Assembly (NCBI GenBank): GCA_963752255.1
Contig: CAVVXT010000019.1
Span: 192,001 to 256,000 of the forward strand
Length of the DNA: 64,000 bases
Source: Nitrososphaeria archaeon
Lineage (GTDB): Archaea > Thermoproteota > Nitrososphaeria > JACIWG01
Reading direction: 5' to 3'
Below are positions 63,039 through 64,000 of the stretch, piece by piece. Made by a program: the position numbers and the translations under genes. Positions within the stretch are counted from its first letter, which is position 1. Every line of letters begins with the position of its first letter. The notes under the pieces were generated by a model. That model saw nothing but the letters and a program-made list of their open reading frames with translations. It was not told the DNA's origin and ran no database searches.

Positions 63039-63209
63039 CTACATATGTACCACATACGGTATCTTGAAATTGGCAGTCTTCCCCGCGCCGTTGGGACACA
63101 GTAATCCAACGCATTTTGACCCCCTAATTTTCAAGTTTAGGTCTGAAATGGCGACGAAAGAGCCGAAATATTTGGAAAGATTTATGGCTTCAAGGGATGA
63201 ATTTGTCAA
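63039..63209 (-). pseudogene. Truncated ABC ATPase remnant
   Basis: LEAINLSKYFGSFVAISDLNL..VGLLCPNGAGKT then loss of similarity and a stop; directly follows the ABC-2 permease. Confidence 0.7.
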
Positions 63210-63231
63210 AGCAACCACAGCTAACTCATTT

Positions 63232-64000
63232 TTAAGCTGTCATCATTCTTCTGAACACAGGCACAGCAATCGCGATCATGACCGCTCCAAACACTATCAT
63301 TATGATCAACTCATTTGATATTGCGGGTATCCCTGCGCCTAGCACCATAACCTTCCGGAGAGCCTGAGACGCGTAGGTTAGCGGAAGGACTTTGGATATG
63401 TCCTGCATGTACCATGGCATCTGCTGTATCGGGAAGAACACGCCGCTAAGGAACATCATCGGGAACATCAGCGTCATCATAAGCATCTGTGCTGTCCCTT
63501 GGTCCTTTGCGAAAGATGTTATTACGATGCCTAGGCCGACGAAGCTGAATACGCCAAGCAAGAGCAGGCCGAATACCAGCAGAATGCTTCCTTGAATTAT
63601 TACACCGAACAGGCCAATAGATAATGCGAGTATTATGACTCCTTGGAGCAGGCCTCTTGCAGTTTGGCCTAGGGTTTTCCCAAGTATTATGCTTAGCCTG
63701 TTAATCGGTGAAACCATCATCCCGTCCATTGTGCCAATTTCCCTCTCCTGAGATATTGCGACAGGGAGTCCTGTCATGACGCTCATCATCACAGTCATAG
63801 CCATTATGCCTGGTGCGATGAAGTTAAAGTAACTGGAAGTTCCGGCAACAACTCCTTCAGTCTGAACATTGTAGGGTTTCACGATGGCAAGAGAATTGTT
63901 TGCGTTAACTGCTGGATTCAGCGATTGAACTTTCTGCTGAGCTAACATAGTGCCCATTTGGTTAAAAACAGCGGTTAAAACTTCCTGAATGGTCGCAGAT
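63232..64000 (-). CDS. ABC-2 type exporter permease (5' end outside the window)
   Basis: FIAPGIMAM, EREIGT, FLSGVFFPI..MP, PLTY..ALR. Confidence 0.88.
   Translation of the reverse strand, partial: SATIQEVLTAVFNQMGTMLAQQKVQSLNPAVNANNSLAIVKPYNVQTEGVVAGTSSYFNFIAPGIMAMTVMMSVMTGLPVAISQEREIGTMDGMMVSPINRLSIILGKTLGQTARGLLQGVIILALSIGLFGVIIQGSILLVFGLLLLGVFSFVGLGIVITSFAKDQGTAQMLMMTLMFPMMFLSGVFFPIQQMPWYMQDISKVLPLTYASQALRKVMVLGAGIPAISNELIIMIVFGAVMIAIAVPVFRRMMTA

Noticed and set aside
727-63595. Numerous antisense or overlapping ORFs in the track (e.g. 28671-29309, 10308-10865, 19499-19894)
   Set aside because: Shadows of well-identified genes on the opposite strand or frame, with no motifs of their own.
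1-64000. CRISPR array, cas genes, transposase, integrase or rRNA
   Set aside because: No repeat-spacer periodicity or matching motifs seen; the only tandem repeat of note is within rps6e.

Overview
Archaeal chromosome segment, most consistent with a basal (non-ammonia-oxidising) Nitrososphaerota/TACK lineage. This is inferred from thaumarchaeal-style eL40 and CdvB/CdvC, plus SmAP3, eL38 and an SlaB-like protein. Positions 1-49 kb are mostly core genes: tgtA, beta-CASP RNase, Tat, Alba, aspS, an ESCRT-III/Vps4 (Cdv) cluster, S-layer stalk, the large translation/RNAP/mevalonate-lipid superoperon, ECF and CDF transporters and ThiR. Two tRNAs are present (Val-CAC and intron-containing Ser-GGA). 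Beyond tRNA-Ser is a visibly more AT-rich accessory block (AKR, glycerol kinase/G3P dehydrogenase complex, split UxaA/SuyAB) followed by a WtpABC transporter with a ModE-box-like operator. At least 9 genes, several essential, carry single-base frameshifts that are most likely sequencing errors, and several fall on CTAG. Best leads: a multi-helix non-coding RNA candidate upstream of the S-layer gene; a coupled HEXXH protein plus nucleotidyltransferase-kinase fusion operon; a cdv operon with a 20-bp internal mRNA hairpin, divergent TrmB regulator and small membrane protein; an ECF/DUF4430 operon with a perfect operator and leader ORF; and a 113-bp dual-coding eL38/presenilin overlap. All calls are by eye; no searches or folding were run.
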